A stretch of DNA of 64,000 nt, taken from positions 4,210 to 68,209 of the forward strand of contig JAHLLM010000005.1 of the NCBI GenBank assembly GCA_020444175.1, in the 5' to 3' direction. Origin of the DNA: Desulfobulbaceae bacterium (GTDB lineage Bacteria > Desulfobacterota > Desulfobulbia > Desulfobulbales > SURF-16). The notes under the pieces were generated by a model. That model saw only the letters and a list, made by a program, of their open reading frames with translations. It searched no databases and had not been told where the DNA came from. A program made the translations under genes and the position numbers. Each line of letters begins with the position of its first letter. The stretch's first letter is position 1. Below, in pieces: positions 45,245-55,134 of the stretch.

Positions 45245-46231
45245 ATGGATAAATGGCAGCACACTCTTAAAAAGACAATCAGTTTTGCCGGTATCGGTCT
45301 GCATTCAGGCAAGGCTGTTAAACTTGCCGTCAAACCGGCGGAGCCGAATACGGGCATTCGTTTTATCAGAACGGACCTGGATGATAACGTTGTTATTCCT
45401 GCTTCATTGTTTCGAGTAGCTGATACCCGACTGGCGACAACACTGGCTCACGAAGATATTCAGGTTTCAACAACCGAACATCTTCTTGCCGCTTTGGCAG
45501 GTATGGGAATTGATAACGCTGAAATCGAGCTTGATGGCGATGAAGTGCCGATTATGGACGGCAGTGCCGCTCCTTTTGTCCATGTTTTGAAAAAGGCTGG
45601 CCGGCAGCGGCAGAAATCCACCCGGCTTATGTTGAAAATCACCAGCCCCATTGAAATAAAAAATGGTGAATCCTGTATCCGAATTGAACCGTGTGACGGA
45701 TTCAAGGTCAGTGGCGAAATAGATTTTGATCATGATCTTGTCCAGAAACAATCTTTTTCAATCGAGGTTGATAACCAGAATTTCATTAAAGAAATTGCTT
45801 CAGCACGGACCTTCGGCTTTTTGCATGAAGTGGAATATCTGCGTCAGAACGGCAAGGCACTTGGCGGATCACTGGACAATGCTATTGTTATTGATCGCTC
45901 CGAAATTTTAAACAGGGAAGGCTTACGCTTTTCTGATGAGTTTGTCCGCCACAAGATTCTTGACCTTATAGGCGATATGGCTCTTCTTGGTTGTCCTCTG
46001 CTGGGCCACATCACGGCAAAAAGATCCGGTCATGCCCAGCATTTGCTGTTGATGGAGGCCATTGCCGATAATCCTGAAAAATGGCAGTTTGTCAGGTGGA
46101 CCCATAAAGGAGAGGAAAGTGTGCTCGAAAAAGTGGTTATGGGCACTCGGGCGGCAGGAAATAAAATTTTGCCCTATTTTGTTCCTCCACGGGTGATACC
46201 CATTGCCGGAGGAGCTGCGCTGCCTGCCTGA
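45245..46231 (+). CDS. lpxC: UDP-3-O-acyl-N-acetylglucosamine deacetylase
   Basis: Q.TLK....F.G.GLHSG, TTEHLLAAL.G.GIDN, and HKILD.IGD...LG....GH......GH. Confidence 0.96.
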   Translation: MDKWQHTLKKTISFAGIGLHSGKAVKLAVKPAEPNTGIRFIRTDLDDNVVIPASLFRVADTRLATTLAHEDIQVSTTEHLLAALAGMGIDNAEIELDGDEVPIMDGSAAPFVHVLKKAGRQRQKSTRLMLKITSPIEIKNGESCIRIEPCDGFKVSGEIDFDHDLVQKQSFSIEVDNQNFIKEIASARTFGFLHEVEYLRQNGKALGGSLDNAIVIDRSEILNREGLRFSDEFVRHKILDLIGDMALLGCPLLGHITAKRSGHAQHLLLMEAIADNPEKWQFVRWTHKGEESVLEKVVMGTRAAGNKILPYFVPPRVIPIAGGAALPA

Positions 46232-46252
46232 CCGCAGTTCTACGATAGAGAC

Positions 46253-46297
46253 AAAAAAGCCGGGGTGAAATTTTTATATTCACTCCGGCTTTTTTTT
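46253..46297. terminator. Bidirectional rho-independent terminator between lpxC and the MCP gene
   Basis: A6 run, then stem GCCGGGGTGAA / TTCACTCCGGC (1 mismatch), then a T8 run. The flanking genes are convergent. Confidence 0.75.
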
Positions 46298-46350
46298 ATG
46301 GGTACGGGCAGTTTTGCAAACTTACTTTGCCTGTTTGTTTTAATTTTTCT

Positions 46351-48507
46351 TTAAACCTTGAAGGCTGCTGCCTTGTTCTGCAGTTTGGAGGCCAGATTTG
46401 CCAGTTCGCCTGCGGCATTGTTAATAGACGAAATTCCTTTGGCTGTTTCCTGGACCACGGTGTTGAACCCCTGCAGATTACCAGACGCTTCACTCACGCC
46501 GACAGTTGTTTCCTGGATGGATCGCATTACTTCGTTTTTGATATTATCTGAAAGTTCCTGGATATTTTGTGTCACATTGCCAACCTGCTCGGTTGTCATG
46601 CCAAGTGTTCTGGATATTTCAGATGATGTAACGCTTTGTTCCTCCACGGCTGCCGAGATGCTGTTGTTGATGTCACTCACCTGCTGGTTTGTTTCCGTAA
46701 TTTCTTTTATCGCCTCGGTGACCTCGTTTGTTCTGTTCTGAATTTCACCAACTCTCCGGATTATATCTTCTGTGGCTGAAGCAGTTTGCTTGGCAAGATC
46801 TTTTACTTCGTTGGCCACAACGGCAAAACCTTTTCCAGCTTCTCCGGCCCGGGCGGCCTCGATGGTGGCGTTTAAGGCCAGAAGTTTTGTCTGCTCCGTA
46901 ATATCGTTAATTATGTCGACAACATTGCCAATCTCCTGGGAGGCCTGAACCAGCTGCTGCATTTTTTCAGATGAACTCTGGGTGATCTCCATGGCTTTTC
47001 TGGCCAGTATCTCGGCTTGGCTGGTGATTTTTGCCTCTTCTTCAACAGAGGCAAGCATCTCTGAAATGGAAGTGGAAATGGATTGCACATTGCCGCTTGC
47101 CTCACCGGCTGTCTGGGCAATAACAACGGAATTTTGTGTCATCCCTTCTGCTGTAGCAGACATGGTGCTGATGTTAACGGAAATTTCCTCCATTGCTGAA
47201 GCGCTGGAACTTGACTGGGCACTCATCTCCTCGGTACCGGCCGTCATTTGGTGGGAGGTGACCGAGAGTTCCTCGGCTGCAGCCGAAACCTGGGTGCTGT
47301 AATCAGCTATTTCATGGATCATGCTTCGTAAATTCTTGCCCATGGTGTTCAGTGCCCGGGCGAGTTGGCCTATTTCGTCCTGCTGATCTATAAACAGAGT
47401 ATGGGTGAGATCCCCGTTCGCCATATTCTGTGCAAAGTTGACAGCCTGGTTGATCGGTTTGGTGATCTGTCTTGTGAAGATAAGGGCAACAGCAACTATA
47501 AAAATAACACCAATGACAGAGATAAGTGCCGTAAGTTGCTTTAAGGTTGTGACCGCGTCAAATGCCTCACTCTTGTTTATTTCGGCAATGAGGGCCCATT
47601 GTTCGTCAAAAATGCTTAGGGGGGTATAGGCTGACAGAACAGTGTCGTTGTTATAGTTCTCTATAATGGCCTTCCCTTCTTTGCCGGCTAAGGCCTCCCT
47701 GCTGGCAAGTGAGTCAACTTTCCCTTTGCCGGGGGAGGCAAAAGAAGATCTGACTGAATGTGATTCGGGATCATGAAAGGAATCGGAACGCATGAGTTGA
47801 TCAGATCCTATGAGATAGGTTTCGCCGCTTTGTCCCATTCCGGCACGTTGAAGCATGATGGAATTGATTTTTTCAGGATTTATCTGGAAGGCGATATAGC
47901 CGAGCATATCCCCCTGGTGGGTGACTCTTGCCGCCATGAAGGCGGTGGGTTCGTTATCTGTTGGTGCGTATGGTTTGAAATCGCTGAAAGAAACTTCACC
48001 TTTCTTGTCCTGAAGTTTAGCAACGGCGATGCCAAGGGATGTTGAAGCAAGAGGGTCCTGGAAAAGTGACTGCCCAAGGTCGCTGTTTTTAGCCATCGTG
48101 TATACGATATGGCCTGCAGGATTAATAAGATAAAAATCATGCCAGCCGAAATCAGCACACATCTGTATAAAAGCCTCGTCCCATTTTCCGGCCAAGCCGC
48201 GCCAGTCTTCCGAGTCAACGGTATTATCGGCTTCCTCATAGACATCGTTGAAATCAAGCAGTCTGTTTTTAAAGAAAGGATTGTTTTTGGTAACCTCCAA
48301 CTGCCCTTGAAATATAGTGAAAAGATCCTGTATCTGATTTTTCTTTATTTTCTGTACTGCTTCCAGTTGACTGAATGCCTGTTTTTCAAGAGCCCAACTT
48401 GACTTGAGCAGTGAAGAAATGCCGATCCAGGCAAATGGAAGAATGCCAACCATTAGAAATGTTATTATGCATTTAACGCCAAGTTTCAGATTTTTTCCCA
48501 TGTTCAT
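46351..48507 (-). CDS. Methyl-accepting chemotaxis protein with periplasmic Cache-type sensor domain and HAMP
   Basis: 718 aa: TM, ~300-aa extracytoplasmic domain, TM, HAMP, then the highly conserved MA signalling hairpin ([35 protein letters not shown]). Confidence 0.93.
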   Translation of the reverse strand: MNMGKNLKLGVKCIITFLMVGILPFAWIGISSLLKSSWALEKQAFSQLEAVQKIKKNQIQDLFTIFQGQLEVTKNNPFFKNRLLDFNDVYEEADNTVDSEDWRGLAGKWDEAFIQMCADFGWHDFYLINPAGHIVYTMAKNSDLGQSLFQDPLASTSLGIAVAKLQDKKGEVSFSDFKPYAPTDNEPTAFMAARVTHQGDMLGYIAFQINPEKINSIMLQRAGMGQSGETYLIGSDQLMRSDSFHDPESHSVRSSFASPGKGKVDSLASREALAGKEGKAIIENYNNDTVLSAYTPLSIFDEQWALIAEINKSEAFDAVTTLKQLTALISVIGVIFIVAVALIFTRQITKPINQAVNFAQNMANGDLTHTLFIDQQDEIGQLARALNTMGKNLRSMIHEIADYSTQVSAAAEELSVTSHQMTAGTEEMSAQSSSSASAMEEISVNISTMSATAEGMTQNSVVIAQTAGEASGNVQSISTSISEMLASVEEEAKITSQAEILARKAMEITQSSSEKMQQLVQASQEIGNVVDIINDITEQTKLLALNATIEAARAGEAGKGFAVVANEVKDLAKQTASATEDIIRRVGEIQNRTNEVTEAIKEITETNQQVSDINNSISAAVEEQSVTSSEISRTLGMTTEQVGNVTQNIQELSDNIKNEVMRSIQETTVGVSEASGNLQGFNTVVQETAKGISSINNAAGELANLASKLQNKAAAFKV

Positions 48508-48697
48508 ACCGGCTTACCTAAAAATAGTCCTTATGATTGTTGAAAAGCATGCTAAAAAATAATAAACCTGTTTCAATGATAATGAGTGTGGTAAACAGGT
48601 GACAGCTTATAAAGGCCGCATCGGCGGTAGACGAATGTCCGTTAAGATGCTGCATTGTGTTGATATATATGTAGCCTTCCCACCAAGATGGTTACCC

Positions 48698-48843
48698 TAG
48701 TGTCTGTCCAGAAATAGGTCATTTTGTTCGAGATCAAGGATTGCGCAAAAAATTACCGGAGGCATATATACGATATTCCGAGGATAATTTTTTAAGCATG
48801 ACGCAGATATCGGTCAAAAGGGCCATTTATGGACAGGCACTAC
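48698..48843. repeat. 146-bp nested-palindrome intergenic element
   Basis: ~29-bp imperfect terminal inverted repeats TAGTGTCTGTCCAGAAATAGGTCATTTTG and CAAAAGGGCCATTTATGGACAGGCACTA. Inner inverted repeat AAAAAATTA.../...TAATTTTTT. Confidence 0.65.
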
Positions 48844-48932
48844 CCTAACAGCATAGCATATCGGTTTAAATTGAGTCAATTTGTGATTTTTAATAATTTT
48901 TTGTCGTTCTGGTGAGTTAGGAGGTATTTGAC

Positions 48933-49748
48933 GTGGAGTTACAGGGGAAAATTGGTTTTTTAGGTGGCGGTCGAATGGCAGAGGCATTGATTAAAGGTAT
49001 TCTGAATGCCGGACTTGCAGATGCTGCGCAGGTTCTTGCTGTTGATCCTGATGCGGGCAGAAGAAAGCTGCTGGAGGAAATGTATGCAGTCGGTACGGCA
49101 GGGGAGCAGGCTGCCCTGGTTGACTGCTCTATAATCGTACTTGCTGTCAAACCTCAAATAATGGGACCCTTGCTGGAAGAATGTGCTTCCTGGCTCAGTG
49201 CAAGTCATCTGGTTATATCCATTGCAGCAGGCATTCCTCTTTCGTTCATTGAAGGCAGGCTTTGCTCCGGTTGTCGTGTAATCCGGGTTATGCCCAATAC
49301 TCCGGCCCTTGTCCTGGAGGGCGCCTCCGCCTTGAGCGCAGGAGCTCATACTGTCCCGCAAGATATGGAGATAGCCGAAAGTATATTTTCTGCGATAGGT
49401 CAGAGTGTCGTGTTGCCGGAAAGATATCTTGATGCTGTGACCGGACTGAGCGGCAGTGGGCCGGCCTACGTGTTTCAGTTTATTGAATCTCTTATTGATG
49501 GGGGGATCAAGGTCGGGCTGAGTCATCCTGATGCCAAAAAACTGGTTTTGCAGACAGTGCTCGGTTCAGTCAAGCTCGCCATGGAAAGCGATGAGCATCC
49601 CGCAGTTCTGAAGGCTATGGTCACTTCCCCTGGAGGAACGACAATCGCCGGCCTTCATGAACTTGAAAAAGCGGGTTTCAGGGCAGCCGTTATGAACGCA
49701 GTTGAGGCTGCTGCCAATCGCTCCGAGGAATTAGGTAAATTGGTCTGA
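48933..49748 (+). CDS. proC: Pyrroline-5-carboxylate reductase
   Basis: GTG start after GGAGG. Motifs IGFLGGG.MA.A, KPQ, RVMPNTP, and SPGGTT..G. Confidence 0.93.
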   Translation: MELQGKIGFLGGGRMAEALIKGILNAGLADAAQVLAVDPDAGRRKLLEEMYAVGTAGEQAALVDCSIIVLAVKPQIMGPLLEECASWLSASHLVISIAAGIPLSFIEGRLCSGCRVIRVMPNTPALVLEGASALSAGAHTVPQDMEIAESIFSAIGQSVVLPERYLDAVTGLSGSGPAYVFQFIESLIDGGIKVGLSHPDAKKLVLQTVLGSVKLAMESDEHPAVLKAMVTSPGGTTIAGLHELEKAGFRAAVMNAVEAAANRSEELGKLV

Positions 49749-50590
49749 TGCGTATTCAAAAAGCGGGTATCGTTCTCAAAAAAGAATCTGCCAAGGCAAG
49801 ACAGATCGGAGATGAATTTATTGCCTGGTTTGCCAAAAAATCCATTGAAACGGTTATAGACAGCATTACCCCTGATCTTGATATTTTGATTATTCTTGGC
49901 GGAGACGGCACCCTGCTGCATGTTGCTTCGGAGGCGAGCGCATGTCAGGTTCCCGTGGTCGGCGTGAATCTTGGCAACCTGGGTTTCCTTACTGAGGTGG
50001 CCGAGGATGAGCGTTTTGATGCCCTGGAATATGTCATGTCCGGCAATGTTGTTATTGAAGAGCGGATAATGCTGCAAACGCGTCTGAGATCAGAACAGGA
50101 GTGCGGGGAGTGGCGTTATGCCCTCAATGATGTGGTTATAAGCAAGGGAACCATTGATCGGCTCGTCAGGCTCTGTACCTGGGTTGATGATGAATATCTC
50201 ACCACCTATAAGGCCGATGGCTTGATTTTTTCCACGCCAACCGGGTCAACCGCCTATAATCTGTCAGCCGGCGGGCCTATTGTTCATCCCGGACTCGCCT
50301 CACTGATGGTGACACCTATCTGCCCTTTTATGCTTGAAAGCCGACCGGTGCTTCTGCCGGTCAACGTCCATCTGAGAACCTGTCTTGCCCGCATCTCTGA
50401 TGTTGAAGCGGGAAATGATGTGAAAGTGATAGTTGATGGTCAGCCGGCCTGGGATATGAAGGATACGGATCAGTATCTTGAGGTAGTTGCCTCGGAAAAA
50501 CCATTGCGACTCATATGTTCGCCCCAGAAAGGGTATTTTGATATTTTGCGCAGGAAACTGAACTGGGGAGGCAAGGCCGTGGCTCTCTAA
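49748..50590 (+). CDS. nadK: NAD kinase
   Basis: GGDGTLL motif, NLG.LGFL, and TPTGSTAY.LSAGGP. The start overlaps the proC stop. Confidence 0.93.
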   Translation: MRIQKAGIVLKKESAKARQIGDEFIAWFAKKSIETVIDSITPDLDILIILGGDGTLLHVASEASACQVPVVGVNLGNLGFLTEVAEDERFDALEYVMSGNVVIEERIMLQTRLRSEQECGEWRYALNDVVISKGTIDRLVRLCTWVDDEYLTTYKADGLIFSTPTGSTAYNLSAGGPIVHPGLASLMVTPICPFMLESRPVLLPVNVHLRTCLARISDVEAGNDVKVIVDGQPAWDMKDTDQYLEVVASEKPLRLICSPQKGYFDILRRKLNWGGKAVAL

Positions 50591-50674
50591 ATTAGTAAAA
50601 TGAGGCGCGATGCGTGAGGGGAGATGAAAATTTCATACCTCCCCACGCACCAGATCTTACGCCTTGTTTTAAAT

Positions 50675-51058
50675 TTATTTTTCCTGAGAGGCCGCCAGTT
50701 TTTCCTTTTCTTCCTGCATGGCCTCTTTGCCAGCTTCAATTGCAGCGTTTAACGTCTGCTTTTTCTCATCAAGATACTCTTTGCCGTGGCTCACCATTTC
50801 GGTGCCGCGGTTGATCATTTCTTTGCCCTGGTCTATCATTTCCCTGCCCTTGTCAATAGCTTCTTCAGCATGACTCTTTATGTTTCCGGGCAGGTTGGCT
50901 GATTTATCGCGTATGTCGCGTCCGTATTCTTTTAACTTTTCCCTTGTTTGCTCACCCGAGGCCGGAGCCACAAGCAGAGCAATGCCTGCGCCAATAACCG
51001 TCCCTGCCAGAAATGAAATGACCGCAACTCCAGAATTGCAACTATTGTCTCTGTTCAT
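50675..51058 (-). CDS. YtxH domain-containing protein
   Basis: From the internal Met: FLAGTVIGAGIALLVAPASGEQTREKLKE, followed by a Lys/Glu-rich helical region. The ORF-track N-terminal extension is unlikely. Confidence 0.72.
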   Translation of the reverse strand: MNRDNSCNSGVAVISFLAGTVIGAGIALLVAPASGEQTREKLKEYGRDIRDKSANLPGNIKSHAEEAIDKGREMIDQGKEMINRGTEMVSHGKEYLDEKKQTLNAAIEAGKEAMQEEKEKLAASQEK

Positions 51059-51458
51059 CGAAATAACTCCTTTTTGATGAGGGTTCTGATTTTTTAAAAA
51101 AACGAGCAAAAGCTGATATCCCGGCACTTATGCCTCCGATTTGAGCGACCACCGGGGTAACGGTTTCCTTAACTGCTGTTGTTGTGAATAAGAGATGTTC
51201 ACCAGCCCTCTGAAGCGTGTCAATGATGTTGTCTGTTTTGTCGATTTTTTCATTCAAAGAGGCTGACAGGACGTGGAGTTCCTCACTCACTTCGGTTATT
51301 TTGGTAAGAAGTGGGTCCATGTCCCTGTTAATCGTTTCAATTGCCGTTTCCGCTTTCTGTGCGGTTCGTCTGAGTTGGGCAATGGCTGGTATTAACACGA
51401 TAATAACAGCAATAAGGCTGATTGATGCTGTAAGGTAAAAGATGTCAACAAATGCCAC
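51042..51458 (-). CDS. DUF948 domain-containing membrane protein
   Basis: GTG start after GGAG. N-terminal TM helix followed by a long helical region, the typical DUF948 architecture. Commonly paired with a YtxH gene. Confidence 0.65.
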   Translation of the reverse strand: MAFVDIFYLTASISLIAVIIVLIPAIAQLRRTAQKAETAIETINRDMDPLLTKITEVSEELHVLSASLNEKIDKTDNIIDTLQRAGEHLLFTTTAVKETVTPVVAQIGGISAGISAFARFFKKSEPSSKRSYFDEQRQ

Positions 51459-51513
51459 TGAATTTCTCCTTTTTATTGTTATATTGGATGGATATCAAAT
51501 ATGCAAGGGAATA

Positions 51514-52899
51514 TCATTGCTTTTTAATCCTGAATTTTTTCATCTTGTACTGCAAGAGACTCTTGGTTATGCCAAGAGCCTTTGCTGCTTTGGTCTGAAC
51601 GAAATCCGACTGTTTCAAGGCGTTTCGCAGTGCTTTTTCCTCTATAGCATCGAGAAGCTCGGGAAGACGGGTGCCGGGTGGAACCAGTTCCTCAGGGTTA
51701 AAAGAAGAAGAGAGTGTTGCCGTGGGCGAGACCGGGCCTCCGTCCGCCTGGACATCTTCAGGCAGGATTGTATTCCCTCCGCAAAGTATACTTGCCCTTT
51801 CGATGGTGTTTTCAAGCTCCCGGATATTGCCTTCCCAGGTCTGTACAGTAAGAAAGCGCAGGGCGGCAGGCGAAATAACAAGGTCAGGCTTGTCCAGCTT
51901 TTGACCGAATTTTCTGACAAAGTGCTCTGCCAGCAGAGGAATGTCGTCAGATCTTTCCCTGAGTGGCGGCAGATGAAGATGAAGGACGTTTAAACGGTAG
52001 TAAAGATCCTCCCTGAAGCGTCCCTGTTCCACCTCTTCCTTGAGGTCTTTGTTGGTGGCGGCTACAATTCGGACATCCACTTTGATTTCACTGGTACCGC
52101 CGACCCTTTGAAATGTTTTCTCCTGGATAATTCGAAGCAGTTTTGCTTGAAGGGCAAGGGCCATTTCACCAATTTCGTCAAGAAATAATGTCCCATCGTC
52201 TGCCACTTCAAAGTGGCCTTTCCTCTGGGAGACCGCTCCGGTAAAAGAACCTTTTTCATGTCCGAACAGTTCACTCTCAAGCAGGGATTCCGGCAGGGCC
52301 GCGCAGTTGACGGATATAAAAGGTTCTTTGGCCCTGAGGCTGTTGTTGTGGATTGACCTGGCCACCAGTTCTTTTCCTGTCCCGGATTCTCCCGTGATAA
52401 GGACCGAAGCCCCAGTTGGAGCAACTTTTTCGATCAGGCTGTAAAGCTGCCTCATCTGTTTGTTTTTCCCGATCATTTCGTCAAAGCTGAATCTTTCACG
52501 AACCTCATTGCGCAGGCGCAGGTTTTCTTTCAAAACAGAGTAGTGGTCAATGGCCTTTTTTATATTGGCAATAAGTTCATCATTTTTAAAAGGCTTTGAC
52601 AGATAATTGAAGGCGCCGGCCTGCATGGCGGCAACCGCCTTTTCAACTTCACCGTAGGCGGTGATCATGATTACAGGAAGATCGGGATTAAGTAATTTTA
52701 CATTTTCGAGAAGCTCCATGCCATTTAAAACCGGCATCTGCATATCGGTTATGACGAGATCGAGATCCGTTGTGCGCACAACTTCCAGTGCCTTTTCTCC
52801 GTTTTCCGCAGAATAGACTTCAAAGCCTTCGTCGCGAAGAAGTTCAGTAAGAATTATCAGATAATTGGGCTCATCATCAACGACGAGAATTGTGTCCAT
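51514..52899 (-). CDS. Sigma-54-dependent response regulator (NtrC family: REC-AAA+-HTH)
   Basis: Receiver (ILVVDDE...DLVITDMQMP), Walker A GESGTGKE, the GAFTGA variant GSFTGA, and a C-terminal Fis-type HTH. Confidence 0.95.
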   Translation of the reverse strand: MDTILVVDDEPNYLIILTELLRDEGFEVYSAENGEKALEVVRTTDLDLVITDMQMPVLNGMELLENVKLLNPDLPVIMITAYGEVEKAVAAMQAGAFNYLSKPFKNDELIANIKKAIDHYSVLKENLRLRNEVRERFSFDEMIGKNKQMRQLYSLIEKVAPTGASVLITGESGTGKELVARSIHNNSLRAKEPFISVNCAALPESLLESELFGHEKGSFTGAVSQRKGHFEVADDGTLFLDEIGEMALALQAKLLRIIQEKTFQRVGGTSEIKVDVRIVAATNKDLKEEVEQGRFREDLYYRLNVLHLHLPPLRERSDDIPLLAEHFVRKFGQKLDKPDLVISPAALRFLTVQTWEGNIRELENTIERASILCGGNTILPEDVQADGGPVSPTATLSSSFNPEELVPPGTRLPELLDAIEEKALRNALKQSDFVQTKAAKALGITKSLLQYKMKKFRIKKQ

Positions 52900-52920
52900 A
52901 AAAACCTCTGTTCAGCCTCT

Positions 52921-53787
52921 TTAAGAGTTCGTTCTCAACTCGGGGAGTTGGTGTTTGAGTGTTGCAAGCAGGTCATAGGGTACCTGCTGTTTTTTGTTGT
53001 TGCCACCCAGGCGGGTGCCGTTTCGGATGGTGCCATGATAATCACTGCCTCCGGTTATAAAGAGTCCTTTCTGCTGGCTGAGGGCAATCAGTTTTTTGCG
53101 GACTGAAACCGAATGAATCGGGTAATAGGCCTCAACACCCTGCAGGCCGAGCTCTATGAGGGCATCCAGAATGGAAGGCAGTAAAGTCATGGACCGATCA
53201 AGGGTCAGGGGGTGGGCCAAAACGGCAATTCCACCGGCGGATCGAATCATGGAAATAGCATCCTCAGCCATAAGCTTTTGGCGCGACGCATAGGCAAGGC
53301 CGTCTTTTCTCAGATATTTGGCAAAGGCTTCATCCATGGTCTTAACAATTTTTTTCTCGACAAGGAGACTGGCTATATGGGGACGACCGGCTTGTCCTGT
53401 TGGAGAAAATTTTGCCAGGTCGTCATGCGTTACCTGGAGCCCAAGGGTGTTTAATTTTTTCAATATGGCGAGATTTCTTTCATTTCGCGCTTGCTGGACT
53501 TTTTGTAATTTTTCAGAAAGACTCTGGTCATCATGTGAAAAACCATATCCAAGTATATGCATGGGAGTCTCTGCGTGATAGGCGCTCAGCTCAACTCCGG
53601 AAATAACTTCGATACCATTCATTCTTCCTGCTTCAAAAGCCTCGGCAACACCTTCAATCGTGTCATGGTCAGTTATGGCGATAGCTTTAATTTCTTCAAG
53701 CACTGCCTCGCCGACAAGTTGAGTCGGACTCATGGTCCCGTCAGAGAAGCTCGAATGAAGGTGAAGGTCAATATATTCCATTTTCAA
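52921..53787 (-). CDS. PHP-domain phosphoesterase (TrpH/YciV-like)
   Basis: IDLHLHSSFSDG, ITDHDT and SDYHG metal-binding motifs of the PHP family. Confidence 0.85.
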   Translation of the reverse strand: MKMEYIDLHLHSSFSDGTMSPTQLVGEAVLEEIKAIAITDHDTIEGVAEAFEAGRMNGIEVISGVELSAYHAETPMHILGYGFSHDDQSLSEKLQKVQQARNERNLAILKKLNTLGLQVTHDDLAKFSPTGQAGRPHIASLLVEKKIVKTMDEAFAKYLRKDGLAYASRQKLMAEDAISMIRSAGGIAVLAHPLTLDRSMTLLPSILDALIELGLQGVEAYYPIHSVSVRKKLIALSQQKGLFITGGSDYHGTIRNGTRLGGNNKKQQVPYDLLATLKHQLPELRTNS

Positions 53788-54051
53788 ATCCTACTCTGAA
53801 GGTCTTTGCTATGCAAGTTTAATGAGGGTGAATCGACTATTCAACATCATGCTTGTTTTTTTTGTTTGAGCTTAGGGGTATTGTCTTGCTATGATGAGAA
53901 AGAGTAACAGTTGAAGTGGATTAGCGGCAGGTCCTTTTCCTGTCAGCTTTCAGAAAATACATGACACCAGCTTATTTATCCATGCAGGTTTCCGTTCAGC
54001 TTTTCAGTTGAAAAAGGATGGATTGGTTCTTTAGAATTTTGAGGGGGAAGT

Positions 54052-55134
54052 ATGGCCCAGATAGATGCCTTTTTTAAATTAATGAATGATCAGGGAGCTT
54101 CTGATCTTCATCTTGTAGCAGGGCAGCAACCCATATTGCGTATCAGGGGCGATATGGAGAGAGTTAAATATAAGGTGCTGGATAATGATTCTTTAAAAGC
54201 AATGCTTTACGAGATTGTCAGCGAGGATAAGGCAAAGCATTTTGAGGAAACAGGGGATGTGGATTTTGGTTATGAGATTCCCGGTCTTGCCCGATATCGT
54301 GGTAACCTTTTTCAACAAAAGTATGGGATAGGTGCTGTTTTTCGTGAAATTCCAAGCGAGATCCTCACCTGTGAGCAGTTGAAGCTGCCTGGGGTTATAA
54401 AAAAACTGGCATCCTTGCCAAAGGGGATGGTGCTTGTTACGGGCCCCACGGGTAGTGGTAAGTCAACAACCCTGGCTGCCATTGTTGACGAAGTGAATAA
54501 GACAAGGGCTGATCATATTCTTACCATTGAAGATCCAATAGAATTTGTCCATAAGAGCCAGAAGTGTATCGTTAATCACAGGGAGGTCGGACTCCATACC
54601 GAAAGTTTTACAGCCGCCCTGCGTGGCGCGCTTCGTGAAGATCCCGATATTATCCTCGTTGGTGAGATGCGTGACCTGGAAACTATTGCCCTTGCCATGG
54701 AAGCAGCCATGACAGGTCATCTTGTTTTTGGAACACTCCATACTCTGAACGCTGCCAAAACAGTGGACAGGATTATTGAAATATTCCCGTCAAGCCAGCA
54801 GGCCCAGGTGCGTTCCACTCTGGCTGATGCCTTGAAGGCTGTCGTTTCCCAGACTCTGTTTAAGCGTGTGGATGTCAAAGGAAGGTGTGCTGCCCTGGAA
54901 ATTCTTATTTGTACCCCGGCAGTTCGAAACCTTATTCGTGAAGGCAAGACGTATCAGATCCCCTCAGCTATGCAGACTGGTAAACGGTACGGAATGCAGA
55001 CCCTTGACGATGCAATCCTGGAGCATCTTCAGAATGGCTGGATTTCTCCAGATGCCGCCTACTCAAACTGCATTGAAAAGGGGAAATTTGTGCAGTTCCT
55101 CAGTAAACCGCCTTCGGATTTTACTGATGTATAG
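54052..55134 (+). CDS. pilT: Type IV pilus retraction ATPase PilT
   Basis: ASDLHL..G..P..R, Walker A GPTGSGKSTT, Asp box, Walker B ILVGEMRD, His box TGHLVFGTLHT, and the AIRNLIREGK-like (AVRNLIREGK) PilT signature. Confidence 0.93.
   Translation: MAQIDAFFKLMNDQGASDLHLVAGQQPILRIRGDMERVKYKVLDNDSLKAMLYEIVSEDKAKHFEETGDVDFGYEIPGLARYRGNLFQQKYGIGAVFREIPSEILTCEQLKLPGVIKKLASLPKGMVLVTGPTGSGKSTTLAAIVDEVNKTRADHILTIEDPIEFVHKSQKCIVNHREVGLHTESFTAALRGALREDPDIILVGEMRDLETIALAMEAAMTGHLVFGTLHTLNAAKTVDRIIEIFPSSQQAQVRSTLADALKAVVSQTLFKRVDVKGRCAALEILICTPAVRNLIREGKTYQIPSAMQTGKRYGMQTLDDAILEHLQNGWISPDAAYSNCIEKGKFVQFLSKPPSDFTDV

Noticed and set aside
48960-49526. 188-aa minus-strand ORF antisense to proC
   Set aside because: It is fully embedded in proC, an antisense-frame artefact.
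51459-51513. Sigma-54 promoter between the NtrC-type regulator gene and the DUF948/YtxH genes
   Set aside because: TTGCAT is present, but there is no TGGCAC-like -24 element at the required spacing.
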